Assembly (NCBI GenBank): GCA_950097015.1
Contig: CATNEN010000029.1
Span: forward strand, 5,146,001 to 5,210,000
DNA from: Macrostomum hystrix
Lineage: Eukaryota; Animalia; Platyhelminthes
Reading direction: 5' to 3'
DNA: 64,000 nt
The position numbers and the translations under genes are program-made. Under the pieces are notes generated by a model. The model made no database searches. It was not told the origin of the DNA and saw only the letters and a list, made by a program, of their open reading frames with translations. The number at the start of each line of letters is the position of its first letter. The stretch's first letter is position 1. Shown here in pieces: positions 1-12,475 of the stretch.

Positions 1-346
1 GTAGTTCAGTTATTAACCAGCTGGTGAGTCGCGTGACTGATAGGGATGACTCACTAAGAGATTCCGCCTAACCCTCGTTGGGTAGTTCAGTTATTAACCA
101 GCTGGTGAGTCGCGTGACTGATAGGGATGACTCACTAGGAGATTCCGCCTAACCCTCGTTGGGTAGTTCAGTTATTAACCAGCTGGTGAGTCGCGTGACT
201 GATAGGGATGACTCACTAAGAGATTCCGCCTAACCCTCGTTGGGTAGTTCAGTTATTAACCAGCTGGTGAGTCGCGTGACTGATAGGGATGACTCACTAG
301 GAGATTCCACCTAACCCTAGTTGGGTAGTTTAGTTATTAACCAGCT
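1..346. repeat. 81-bp tandem repeat (at least 4.3 copies, cut by window start) directly 3' of the KEAP1 stop codon
   Basis: gtagttcagttattaaccagctggtgagtcgcgtgactgatagggatgactcacta... restarts at 1, 82, 163, 244 and 325. Units alternate ctaagag/ctaggag. Confidence 0.97.
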
Positions 347-350
347 ACAG

Positions 351-870
351 CTACACCGAGGGTGCCACACCCAGGCAGACACCATGGCCGCTCTTGCCGC
401 AGGTCATGGGTTCGCGCTCAATCCAGGTATCTGTGCGCGGACAGTAGACCTCGACAGAGGACACAAATTCGTAGCCGTCGTAGCCACCGAATACCCAAAC
501 GCAGTCGTCAACGGCGACAGCTGCTAGGGCGCTACGTGGTCGCAGCATAGGGGCGCAGGGCTGCCACTGGTTGGCCTCGGTGTCCAATCGTTCAACTGTG
601 CGCAATTGTTGACGCGAGTCGTAGCCGCCGATGGCGTAGATATACTTGCCAACGGCGACTACACCGGCGCCGCTGCGGGGTTGCGTCATGGCGGCGGCCG
701 GCTCCCAACGATCGTCTTCCGGCCAGTAGCGCTCAACCGAGCTCAACCTTTGGCAGCCGTCGAAGCCGCCGACGGCGTACAGAAGACGATCGACGACTGC
801 AACGCCAAGGCCGATGCGAGCCTGGCGCATTGGGGCGATCGGTAGCCACTGGTCCGAGTCGGGATCATAC
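351..870 (-). CDS. KEAP1: KEAP1 coding exon 4 (Kelch 3-6, stop)
   Basis: Acceptor tcgcag|G TAT GAT CCC (YDPDSDQWLPIAPMRQARIG...); TAG at 353-351. Confidence 0.92.
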
Positions 871-3854
871 CTGCGATGGAAAGGTTAATGAGCAGGGCGA
901 GTTATTGGGGATTTGCGAGGGAATAGCTTCTCGTTAGGGATCTGGGATACTCGTTGTGGATCTGGGATACTCGTTGGGGATCTGGGATACTCGTTGGGAA
1001 TCTGGAATACTCGTTGTGGATCTGGGATACTCGTTGGGAATCTGAGATACTCGTTGGGGATCTGGGATACTCGTTGTGGATCTGGGATACTCGTTGGGAA
1101 TCTGGGATACTCGTTGTGGATCTGGGATACTCGTTGGGAATCTGGGATACTCGTTGGGAATCTGGGATACTCGTTGGGGATCTGGGATACTTTTGGGGAT
1201 ATGGGATCCTAACTGAGGATCTGGAATCTGTGGGGTTAGCTACTTTAGTGGGGATCTGGGGGGATAACAAGGAAGGGAAGGTTCACCTCTCGGCGCTGCA
1301 GTGGGACTGCGACTGGGAGGCACCGCCGACCGCGTAGATTTTATCGTCGATAACGCCGACGGCGACGCGGTTGCGCGACACGGACATTGGGGCGCAGCGA
1401 TGCCAGCGAGAAGAAGAAGCCGCAGCGCCGGAGCCGGAGCCGCTACCGCATCCGGCAGACAGGGAGGAGGGATCGAAGACTTCCAGACAGGCGGCGTCCG
1501 AGTTGCCGCTTTCGTGGTTATTTCGGCCCCCTATTAAATAGACGCATCCGCGTACAGACACAGCGGCCAGGCCGGATCTGGGATTAGCCAAATCCGGCAG
1601 CCGCTCCCAGCGCATTGTGTCCAAGCTGAGGCATTCGAAGGTGCGCAGTGAATAGCGATAATAACCGCCGGCTGCGTAGATGACGGAGTTCAGAGGCGAC
1701 TGACGCCTATTTGGATCTACGCGGCGATGCGATAGCAGGCTGGCGTGCGCCGACGCCAGCAAATCGCGAGCTCGCGGCTGTTCGCGGAGCAGAGCGCAAT
1801 TGCGCAATTGACGATCGATAAAGTCGGGCGATAGGGCGTGACAACGGACCAGTGCTAGCAGGTCTGGCAGCAGCGGCGACCTGCCCGCGAAGGATCAACA
1901 GAAACTAAGTTAATAGTCTTTTCTAAGAAACTTTTTATATATTTATTATTTCTAAAAAACAGTTTCCGTTTTTGTCTAAGAAACTGTCTTATAAATTTTT
2001 TAAAGAAACAGTTCATGTCCTTTTTAGGAGATAATTAATGATTTATTAGAAGGGCTTAGTGATATTGATAGTTATATTTTAAAACATAAGTAACATTTTA
2101 AAACCTTTTCTAAGAAATCATTGATGTCCTTATCCAAGAGACAATATATGATTCTTTCTATAAAACAATTAATTCTGACTTAAAAAAAACTGTTTGATTT
2201 GGGAGATCCAGGCTCAGTGATCCCAAGGTAAACGGAAATTCGCACGCAATTTTATTAGCTATTGAACAAACCTGGCAGCCCTGTTGTGGTGCACCCATCG
2301 CACTAAAGCGCTAAAAACGTCAGCCTCCGTGCGCACGTGCAGCCGGTCGCAGGCCAGAATGCGAGCCAGAGATCTGTCGGACAGTTCCAGAAATTCTTCG
2401 TGCCCAGCCAGCTCGCAGAAGTGTCGCTCAATAAAACTGTCTGCTTCTCGAGCCAAATCAGTGGCGCCGTGGGTGACGGCAAACTGGTGAATGCCCAGAC
2501 AGTTGGTCGGGTGCAGCTGGGCCAGCAGATACTGACAGCAGGCCCGGGTGACGCAGGCCAGCTGCAGCATGGTTGCCGCCGGTAGCAAGTCGCACACATT
2601 TGAAGGCGTCAGCCGGACTTCGCCGGTGTAGATGAAGCTTAGAAGCTGCCGGAGTACGGAAGCTTTGACGCCGTGGAGACGGACCTGGGATTTTGTAAGA
2701 TTTTCCATTCATTCGAATTATCATGGTTGTTTTTTCAATGACTTGGATTTCCCTGAAAGCTCGAAGCGTCGATAGGTTTTCCCAGTAGCTATCGAGATTT
2801 TCCAGAAACTTTGAAGCGTCCTTGACGTTTTTTTCTAGTAGCTATCAGGAATTCCCCGAAGGCTCAAAGCTTTCCAGTAGCTATCGGGATCTGGATTTTC
2901 GCGAAGTTTCGAAGCGTCCTAGTGGTTTTCCAGTAGCTATCGGGAATTCCCGAAAGTTCGAAGCGTCCATGACCCTGTCCAGTAGCTATCGGGAATTCCC
3001 TGAAGGCTCGAAGCGTCCTTGAGGCTTTCCAGTAGCTATCGGGAATTCCCGAAAGTTCGAAGCGTCCTTGAGCCTTTCCAGTAGCTATCGGGAATTCCCT
3101 GAAGGCTCGAAGCGTCCTTGAGGCTTTCCAGTAGCTATCGGGAATTCCCTGAAGGCTCGAAGCGTCCTTGAGCCTTTCCAGTAGCTATCGGGAATTCCCG
3201 AAAACTTGAAGCGTCCTTGAGGTTTTAAGGATTACCCAAAAAGTTCGGTGCGTCCTTTGGAATTCGGCTTCAAGGACCAAGATTTCCATGAAAATTCAAT
3301 GCGTTCAATTGCTTTTAATGAATAGGGATTTCTAGGAAAGTTTAGCATGTCTGTGTTTCTCGATAGCGGTTTTCTTTTAATTTTAGTATCTCCTATGTCT
3401 TCTAGTGTCTGATCTTATCTTTAGAACGATCGGAGTTATCCAGAAATTTTGCAACGCAGTTAGTTAATTAAGTAGGTAAGGACATATACACAGCCGCTTT
3501 CAAGCTCAGAGTCGCAATCAATAACAGTACAGTCAGTCTCACCTCGGACATAGCAGCTTCGCGAAGACCGCCGGTGAACATGGCGCGAAAGTAGGGCGAC
3601 GCCGAGGCCAGCACAATCTTGTGGCAGGGCAGGCGTTCTCCCTCCACTAGCAGTGCAACATCGCTCAGCTGGCCAGACTCGTACAGTGCGTGCATTGCCG
3701 CGAAAGTCTCAGCCAGGTGTTCCTTGTGCTGCTGGAAGATGGCGCCGCCACCACCACCGTGATTGGCTGCGGCTGCAGCAGCAGTATTGGCTGCTGTTAA
3801 ATTAGGCACAGTAGAACCGCCAGCGATGGACTGTGGATAGTCCTCGCCATCCAT
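351..3854 (-). CDS. KEAP1: Kelch-like ECH-associated protein 1 (BTB-BACK-6xKelch), 4 coding exons, ~612 aa
   Basis: Exons 3854-3543, 2684-2272, 1880-1287 and 870-351 join via GT-AG introns in phases 0/2/2 (1839 nt, one open frame). BTB: DVALLVEGERLPCHKIVLASASPYFRAMFTGGLRE. IVR: LVRCHALSPDF. Kelch motifs GGYYRYSL, RSGLA, GGRNN, RNRVAVGVID, GGFDGCQRL, RSGAGV, GGYDSRQQL, RSALA, GGYDG and KSGHG match KEAP1 specifically. Confidence 0.93.
938..1195. repeat. 20-bp minisatellite in KEAP1 intron 3
   Basis: Unit gatctgggatactcgttggg, ~12 copies. Confidence 0.95.
1287..1880 (-). CDS. KEAP1: KEAP1 coding exon 3 (IVR and Kelch 1-3)
   Basis: Acceptor gggcag|G TCG CCG (SPLLPDLLALVRCHALSPDF...); donor GAGAG|GTGAAC. 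Confidence 0.9.
2272..2684 (-). CDS. KEAP1: KEAP1 coding exon 2 (BTB end and BACK)
   Basis: Acceptor tcccag|GTC (VRLHGVKASVLRQLLSFIYTG...); donor GCCAG|GTTTGT. Confidence 0.9.
2750..3230. repeat. ~49-50-bp minisatellite in KEAP1 intron 1
   Basis: Unit ~tcgaagcgtccttgaggctttccagtagctatcgggaattccctgaaggc, degenerate at the edges. Confidence 0.9.
3543..3854 (-). CDS. KEAP1: KEAP1 coding exon 1 (N-terminus and first half of BTB)
   Basis: ATG at 3854; ends GAG|GTGAGA (phase 0). Confidence 0.9.
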
Positions 3855-5903
3855 TTTTGGCTATTTTTAGATTTTAGTCTTCAAAAATGGAAGCTTGCTA
3901 TGAAGCAAATAAGACTTTCTAAAAATTGGTTTAATAAAAATTGATCAGCAAACAATGGCAATTGTCTAATTATTATGCAGTCTGAAACTGCCAATAAGTC
4001 AGTTCAATACTGTAGTTATAAATACCCTCAATTTATTTGAGCACTACACACAATGCCAAGCTAAAATCCAGACACAAGTAAAGCTTTTGGTAGACAATGA
4101 AATATAAATAATTTTCCAGGAAACAAAATAGAAAAATCTAAAAAATATAAGTTTATGCAATAATAATTATAATATTATTATTTTTATTATCATTATATAA
4201 TTAGCCTTAAATAACTAAAATTTTGCTATACACAAAATACTAGAAAGACATTACTTAAGAAGAAATGCAAAAAAATTAATTTATTTAGTAATACATATTT
4301 ATTACAAATAAATAACACTTATTAGGCCCCTAAATAAAACATTTTAAAATTATATATAATTAATTTTTTTACATAGTAGAATACACAAATTATCAAACTA
4401 ATGTTTTTAGTTTAGTCAAATATAAGTACAATATTTATCCATTGTAAGTATGTATCCTGCCTAATATTAAAGGATAAAAAACAAAGGGCTACTGTGGAGG
4501 CTATATATATTGTTGGATAGTTAGATTGGATAGATAAGATGGATAACTATGAATAAAAATGTATACACTTCTTTTTTAATCAAGAAAGTAATTTTTTTAA
4601 TTGGCTCAACTAACTAATATGTAGGACTTTTGTTGTTTTTTTCTCATTTTTATATAGCTACTATTAAGTATTGTTAAAGAAAAACTGCACCAGAAATTAT
4701 ACCTAGCCTATCCTATAGGCCTATTCTATATATATAGTCAAGTGGCATATGCCATATAGCTGCCACTATTTTGCATTGCTTAAAAAACAATTGTCTGTTT
4801 AGTCTATGGACAGAAGAGGCCACTGTACCCCCTTATTACTTGTAGTTACCAGTTTATTTGCTCAACTTAAGTAATGGGAGATTAAGAGTCCTCCTGAACA
4901 ACATAAATTATCTCCTTTGGATAAAATTAGGGCCTATAACTACCAACAAAGATCATAAGTTGCTCACACAATATAGCTAAATTACAAGTTTAACTGACTA
5001 TAAAATGCTATACTTTTTTAGCGCAAAGTCATATTTTGCTATAAGTAAGTAAGTAAGTAAGTAACTAAGTAATAAAAATCGTGACTGTCAATTCTATCAG
5101 GTCAATTCTGTCAATAGTTGATCAATAATAGACTTTGTATATTAGACTTGCTAATAAGTAAAAATACTAGTCTACACAACCGTCACAACACAACACACGT
5201 GATGGACATGGCCCCATTGCCTAAAAATCTAAATTTGGTCAAATACTATCTCTTTTCACAGCTACATTTCTAATTGAGTATGGAAATGTCAGTTCTTTAC
5301 TAAAAACTTTAGAGCTGAAAAATGAAAACTGAATACTCAATAAAGTAAAGGTAGATGGGGGAAGTAGCATAAGTCCAACTTGAGAAACTAAAAACTAAAT
5401 AATATGCATTATATTAGAGCTTACTGGTCTTGGGTTAGGTTAGAACCATGAAGTCAACTCTAAATTAAAAGAAATTATATTTAAACTACCGCCCTTTTTT
5501 CGGATTTCAGTTACGCTCGTCAAACAATAATTTGATTATTAGAAAGTTGAGGTGTATATATTTTTATATAGCATAGGAACTAAACAATGAATAACATAAA
5601 GAAGAGACGCAAGAATAACTTGAGATTTTGTTCCTTTTGTTGCTTTAATTAATATGGATTTCTATTTAGATAGCGCATCAAACGTATAGCAACTAGCGGT
5701 CAAATGTAGATCTTAGGAAAATTAACAAATGTATATCATCGGAGAAGCTAGGACAACTAGTGGTCTACTTTAGTAGTCCTTGTGAAGAAGTAGGGAATAA
5801 AGCAGTCTTCTGACTTTAAAAAACCGAAGAGTTAAGTCAATTCTTTTTCATTCTGGGACCAAAACAGCTCCAATTAAATATGTACGGTCCCACTCAGTCT
5901 TGC

Positions 5904-6283
5904 TTAGTTTCCACGATCTCGAGCTCTTCGCACGGCAACGACAGCTTCCTCGCCCATTGAAGCCATGACTGTGACTATTACGGCGCAATAATCACCACTA
6001 CTGGTGTACAGTCGAGTAGCCTCTAGCAGTTGCGACGCCTTGTCCTGAGACAGACGAACGCTGGTTGTGGAACCCGACTTCTCCTCGACTAGAAGCTCCA
6101 CTGCCGGCTCCGGGACTCGGTTCATGCCGTCATCGCTGTACTCAACAATGCGCACAAGTCGGCATTCTCGTTTCTCGACAAGCGGCACTTGCACCACGTC
6201 GCTGCTGGTGTGCGCTGTCACACGCTTCTTTCCGGTGAAGGCGTCAATAGCTGTGAGATGAATCTTGCAGCTGCCGTGCTTGC
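5904..6283 (-). CDS. eIF5A: eIF5A-like exon 2
   Basis: (G)[19 protein letters not shown]...RRARDRGN; TAA at 5906-5904. Confidence 0.88.
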
Positions 6284-6550
6284 CTAAAAGTAATTTGTTC
6301 AGACAGTCTTACAGCTTCCAATAGATACTGCTTCATCGCGACCAAGACAAATTTATAAATGTCTGCACTCACCAGTTTTGGAGTTGCTCATCTCAACAAT
6401 CTTGCACGGCCTGCCGCCGATGAGCACATAGCCCTTCACGCGCAGCTCCGAGCAGCGCACGTTTTCATATTGAAGTCCATCAGCTGAGTCGGCGCTCGTT
6501 GTCGGCTTCATTTCAGAATGCACAGTCTTTGAACGCCGACTAGATGCCAT
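5904..6550 (-). CDS. eIF5A: Divergent eukaryotic translation factor 5A-like protein, 2 exons, 185 aa
   Basis: Exon 1 is 6550-6373 (donor ACT G|GTGAGT); 89-bp intron; exon 2 is 6283-5904 (acceptor ttttag|GC AAG CAC GGC). The spliced product contains [48 protein letters not shown] and the C-terminal VIVTVMASMGEEAVVA, both typical of eIF5A. Confidence 0.9.
6373..6550 (-). CDS. eIF5A: eIF5A-like exon 1
   Basis: ATG 6550; [14 protein letters not shown] then a phase-1 donor. Confidence 0.88.
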
Positions 6551-7267
6551 TGGCTGATTCCGCGCATGAAAATGTTGGTAAAGGGATGAAAGAAAAGCCC
6601 AGGAGGAAATGGGTTGATTAAAAGCAGTATATAGGAAAACCCGCGAATATATATAACATTACTTGGCCTGTGTGTTGCGCTTACATGTTGCAATTTTTAA
6701 CATAAAAATAAATAAGGTAGAGCGTTTACTGTCTTATCTACTTTAAGTAGAATTTATAGTGTTTTATATTCCAAACAAACGCTGTAATGTACGCCCGTAC
6801 TTAAGCGCTTGAAATATACTGCTGCATCTCTGCATGCGTAGCTTTTGTCTGAATCTATTTTTAGAAACAATTCTTGGGAGATTTCTGTCATTATGTTATA
6901 TTTCACCATAGCCTGAAATGCATTCACTAAGGTATGCCATCCATTAGGCCTTCAAATGTCTTGAATGCATGTCCATTAATCACTAAGTACGCATAGTGCT
7001 TTACAGACTGCAACATCAAATTCTACTCTAATATCATAGAATGCGACCCGGGTTCTAACTGATAAATATTGAATTGTGCAGCTTGTTAAGAAATCATGAA
7101 TACACAGTTTAGACAGATCCTATATGGGTTGGTTAGTTCGGAATCAATGTCGGCGCTCTTCTACAGTATACGAGATAGAATTATAGAGTAGCCTAGTCTA
7201 AAGAGAAAGTAACCAAGTTAAACTGAATTTTTAACTGTCAGAAAACTTACACTTTTTACATAGAATC

Positions 7268-10200
7268 TCTGTTAGACAGAACTATCTCCTGTTAGACAGA
7301 ACTATCTCCTGTTAGACAGAACTATCTCCTGTTAGACAGAACTATATTCTGTTAGACAGAACTATATTCTGTTAGACAGAACTATATTCTGTTAGACAGA
7401 ACTATCTCCTGTTAGACAGAACTATCTCCTGTTAGACAGAACTGTCTCCTGTTAGACAGAACTATCTCCTGTTAGACAGAACTATCTCCTGTTAGACAGA
7501 ACTGTCTCCTGTTAGACAGAACTATCTCCTGTTAGACAGAACTATATTCTGTTAGACAGAACTATCTCCTGTTAGACAGAACTGTCTCCTGTTAGACAGA
7601 ACTATATTCTGTTAGACAGAACTATATTCTGTTAGACAGAACTATATTCTGTTAGACAGAACTATCTCCTGTTAGACAGAACTATATTCTGTTAGACAGA
7701 ACTATCTCCTGTTAGACAGAACTATCTCCTGTTAGACAGAACTATCTCCTGTTAGACAGAACTATCTCCTGTTAGACAGAACTATATTCTGTTAGACAGA
7801 ACTATATTCTGTTAGACAGAACTATATTCTGTTAGACAGAACTATCTCCTGTTAGACAGAACTATCTCCTGTTAGACAGAACTATCTCCTGTTAGACAGA
7901 ACTATCTCCTGTTAGACAGAACTATCTCCTGTTAGACAGAACTATCTCCTGTTAGACAGAACTGTCTCCTGTTAGACAGAACTATCTCCTGTTAGACAGA
8001 ACTATATTCTGTTAGACAGAACTATCTCCTGTTAGACAGAACTGTCTCCTGTTAGACAGAACTATATTCTGTTAGACAGAACTATATTCTGTTAGACAGA
8101 ACTATCTCCTGTTAGACAGAACTATCTCATGTTAGACAGAACTATCTCCTGTTAGACAGAACTATCTCCTGTTAGACAGAACTATCTCCTGTTAGACAGA
8201 ACTATCTCCTGTTAGACAGAACTATCTCCTGTTAGACAGAACTATCTCCTGTTAGACAGAACTATCTCCTATTAGACAGAACTATATTCTGTTAGACAGA
8301 ACTATCTCCTGTTAGACAGAACTGTCTCCTGTTAGACAGAACTATATTCTGTTAGACAGAACTATATTCTGTTAGACAGAACTATATTCTGTTAGACAGA
8401 ACTATCTCCTGTTAGACAGAACTATCTCCTGTTAGACAGAACTATCTCCTGTTAGACAGAACTATCTCCTGTTAGACAGAACTATCTCCTGTTAGACAGA
8501 ACTATATTCTGTTAGACAGAACTATATTCTGTTAGACAGAACTATCTCCTGTTAGACAGAACTATATTCTGTTAGACAGAACTATCTCCTGTTAGACAGA
8601 ACTATCTCCTGTTAGACAGAACTGTCTCCTGTTAGACAGAACTATATTCTGTTAGACAGAACTATATTCTGTTAGACAGAACTATATTCTGTTAGACAGA
8701 ACTATCTCCTGTTAGACAGAACTATCTCCTGTTAGACAGAACTATCTCCTGTTAGACAGAACTATCTCCTGTTAGACAGAACTATCTCCTGTTAGACAGA
8801 ACTATCTCCTGTTAGACAGAACTATCTCCTGTTAGACAGAACTATCTCCTATTAGACAGAACTATATTCTGTTAGACAGAACTATCTCCTGTTAGACAGA
8901 ACTATCTCCTGTTAGACAGAACTATCTCCTGTTAGACAGAACTATCTCCTGTTAGACAGAACTATCTCCTGTTAGACAGAACTATATTCTGTTAGACAGA
9001 ACTATATTCTGTTAGACAGAACTATATTCTGTTAGACAGAACTATCTCCTGTTAGACAGAACTATCTCCTGTTAGACAGAACTGTCTCCTGTTAGACAGA
9101 ACTATCTCCTGTTAGACAGAACTATCTCCTGTTAGACAGAACTGTCTCCTGTTAGACAGAACTATCTCCTGTTAGACAGAACTATATTCTGTTAGACAGA
9201 ACTATCTCCTGTTAGACAGAACTGTCTCCTGTTAGACAGAACTATATTCTGTTAGACAGAACTATATTCTGTTAGACAGAACTATCTCCTGTTAGACAGA
9301 ACTATCTCCTGTTAGACAGAACTATCTCCTGTTAGACAGAACTGTCTCCTGTTAGACAGAACTATATTCTGTTAGACAGAACTATATTCTGTTAGACAGA
9401 ACTATATTCTGTTAGACAGAACTATCTCCTGTTAGACAGAACTATCTCCTGTTAGACAGAACTATCTCCTGTTAGACAGAACTATCTCCTGTTAGACAGA
9501 ACTATCTCCTATTAGACAGAACTATATTCTGTTAGACAGAACTATCTCCTGTTAGACAGAACTATCTCCTGTTAGACAGAACTATCTCCTGTTAGACAGA
9601 ACTATCTCCTGTTAGACAGAACTATCTCCTGTTAGACAGAACTATCTCCTGTTAGACAGAACTATCTCCTGTTAGACAGAACTATCTCCTGTTAGACAGA
9701 ACTATATTCTGTTAGACAGAACTATATTCTGTTAGACAGAACTGTCTCCTGTTAGACAGAACTATCTCCTGTTAGACAGAACTATCTCCTGTTAGACAGA
9801 ACTATCTCCTGTTAGACAGAACTATCTCCTGTTAGACAGAACTATCTCCTGTTAGACAGAACTATCTCCTGTTAGACAGAACTATCTCCTGTTAGACAGA
9901 ACTATCTCCTGTTAGACAGAACTATCTCCTGTTAGACAGAACTATATTCTGTTAGACAGAACTATCTCCTGTTAGACAGAACTATCTCCTGTTAGACAGA
10001 ACTATCTCCTGTTAGACAGAACTATATTCTGTTAGACAGAACTATCTCCTGTTAGACAGAACTATCTCCTGTTAGACAGAACTATCTCCTGTTAGACAGA
10101 ACTATATTCTGTTAGACAGAACTATATTCTGTTAGACAGAACTATCTCCTGGTAGACAGAACTATCTCCTGTTAGACAGAACTATATTCTGTTAGACAGA

Positions 10201-10335
10201 ACTATCTCCTGTTAGACAGAACTATCTCCTGTTAGACAGAACTATCTCCTGTTAGACAGAACTATATTCTGTTAGACAGAACTATCTCCTGTTAGACAGA
10301 ACTATATTCTGTTAGACAGAACTATCTCCTGTTAG
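7268..10335. repeat. 20-bp minisatellite, ~150 copies
   Basis: Unit gttagacagaactatctcct with recurrent variants ...actatattct and ...actgtctcct. Confidence 0.99.
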
Positions 10336-10809
10336 TCTCCGTTTCGCGGCATACATGGTAGTAAGTAGTAACTGGTACTATGTTTTGTTCAGTCAGTGTT
10401 CATTTACAGGTAAGAATAAAGATAACAACAATTGAGCATGGATTTAATTTCTCAAAAATATAAAATAACGATATAGTTATAACTATAGTTGATATATTTG
10501 TGGCTGCTACTAGGGTTTTCTTTTTTCGTTCTTCATTTTCGCTTCGCTCTCACGATCTTACTAAACAGAATCTGCACAGCAGTCTAGGGAATGATCCTTT
10601 TCCAATTCAAAGCGTGAGAACAAAAATCTCGTTGTGTGGCTTACTCTGCTCAACTAATTATTAAGTACAAAATATAGCGTGTTAAATACGGCATTTTTGG
10701 CCAGTTTGGCAAAAATATCTGTTTTCTATTTTGTCTGCCAAAATTTTGGAAACACGGCTTTCTTGTTTTACAGCTGCAAAAGTACTCATAAAAACTACAT
10801 ATGCACTAG

Positions 10810-11045
10810 TAGTATCTCTCCCATACCTAGTCTCCCCAGTGTCTCATCTCACCCATGTCTTATCTCTCTTCTATCTCATCTCTCCCCTTGTCTCATCTCA
10901 CCCTTGTCTCATCTCTCCTTTGTCTCATCTCTCCCCTACCTCATCTCTCCTATGTCTCCTGACTCCCCTATCTCATGTCTTCCCTATCTCGTCTCTCCCC
11001 TATCTCATCTCTCCTATGTCTCATGTCTCCCCTATCTCATCCCTC
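10810..11045. repeat. Pyrimidine-rich degenerate (TCTCA/TCTCC) repeat
   Basis: atctcatctctcccc-type units; reverse complement of the array at 11785-12475. Confidence 0.85.
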
Positions 11046-11291
11046 CTCCCGGTTGAATCTCGCTACCAAATTTTGGGTTCTCTCTTTGGCTCACAATTAG
11101 AACCCAATCAGAAAAAAATGATGCTCGACTACAGAAAGAGAACAGAGAAGGCCAAGAAAATAGAAAAGGAGATAAATTGTCGATTGGAGCCATCAAGCAG
11201 ATTGATTTACCTACCTATTGAGCGAAAAAATCTGGAAGTCAGAGCTTACATTTTTTCCTTAGAACTTTATAATCAATGAGTAAAGTAGAAG

Positions 11292-11295
<4 letters not shown>

Positions 11296-11343
<48 letters not shown>
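11296..11343. repeat. (GACA)n microsatellite
   Basis: Perfect run of gaca units. Confidence 0.95.
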
Positions 11344-11784
11344 TGCAACCCAATGCCCATACTGTCATTGTCTGTCATCTCAGCTGCGCTGAATTATTAA
11401 CCCAACTGAACATTGTAATTTAGAGCACAGATGATGGTCTGAGCTATCCTGAGAGTCACGATACACTGATAAGGATTTCAGCTTCGATTATACTCGAAAC
11501 AATTGCATGTAGCAAATTAGTGACAATTCCTTCTTACATTCCTGCAATGCGATGTATATATTACCTGCCTTGTAATTCAGAATAGCCTATTCTGCCTCAT
11601 TTTCTGAATAATAATTATAAATAATATAATAATATATGCCAAACTAGAAAACACGCGAACAAAAGAAAGCTACATGATTTTAAAATCTGTGGGAAGTAGC
11701 CAGGCAACAGTTTCTAATGAAAGCAGTGTCATGCAACAAAAACATGTGATCAGCTTACAAATTAGTGCTATGAAGAAGATGCAA

Positions 11785-12475
11785 GACGGGGATGGAGACA
11801 CGGGAGAGATGAGATGTTAGAGAGATGAGACAAAGAAGAGATGGGGTAGTGGAGAGATGAGACACGGGAGAGATGAGATATTAGAGAGATGAGACACAGG
11901 AAAGATGAGACGATGAGACACAGGAGAGATGACACAGGAAAGATGAGACGATGAGACACAGGAGAGATGAGACACAGGAGAGATGAGACACAGGAGAGAT
12001 GAGACACAGGAGAGATGAGACACAGGAGAGATGAGACACAGGAGAGATGAGACACAGGAGAGATGAGACACAGGAGAGATGAGACACAGTAAAGATGAGA
12101 TATTGGAGAGACAAGATAGTGGGGAGATAGATACTGGAGGAATAGGATACGGGAGAGATAATATAGTGAAGAGATGAGATATTGAAAAGATAGGACACGG
12201 GAGAAATGAGACATGGGTGAGATGAGATACAGGTGAGATAAGACGCGCGAGAGATGAGAGACGGGTGAGATTAGATATTGGAGAGATGAGACACGGGAGA
12301 GATGGGACACGGGAGAGATGAGACACGGGAGAGATGAGATATTGGAGAGATGAGACACAGGAGACATGAGACACGGGAGAGATGAGATATTGGAGAGATG
12401 AGACACGGGAGAGATGATATAGTGGAGAGATGAGATAGTAGATATGTGAGATATTGGAGAGATGAGACACGGGAA
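11785..12475. repeat. Purine-rich ~17-bp GAGAT minisatellite
   Basis: Unit gagacacaggagagat(g) plus degenerate variants. Confidence 0.9.

Noticed and set aside
1-346. Possible CRISPR-like array
   Set aside because: Head-to-tail units with no unique spacers, eukaryotic context, no cas genes. The same applies to all other arrays.
321-845. Plus-strand ORFs overlapping KEAP1 exon 4
   Set aside because: Antisense shadows of a GC-rich coding exon.
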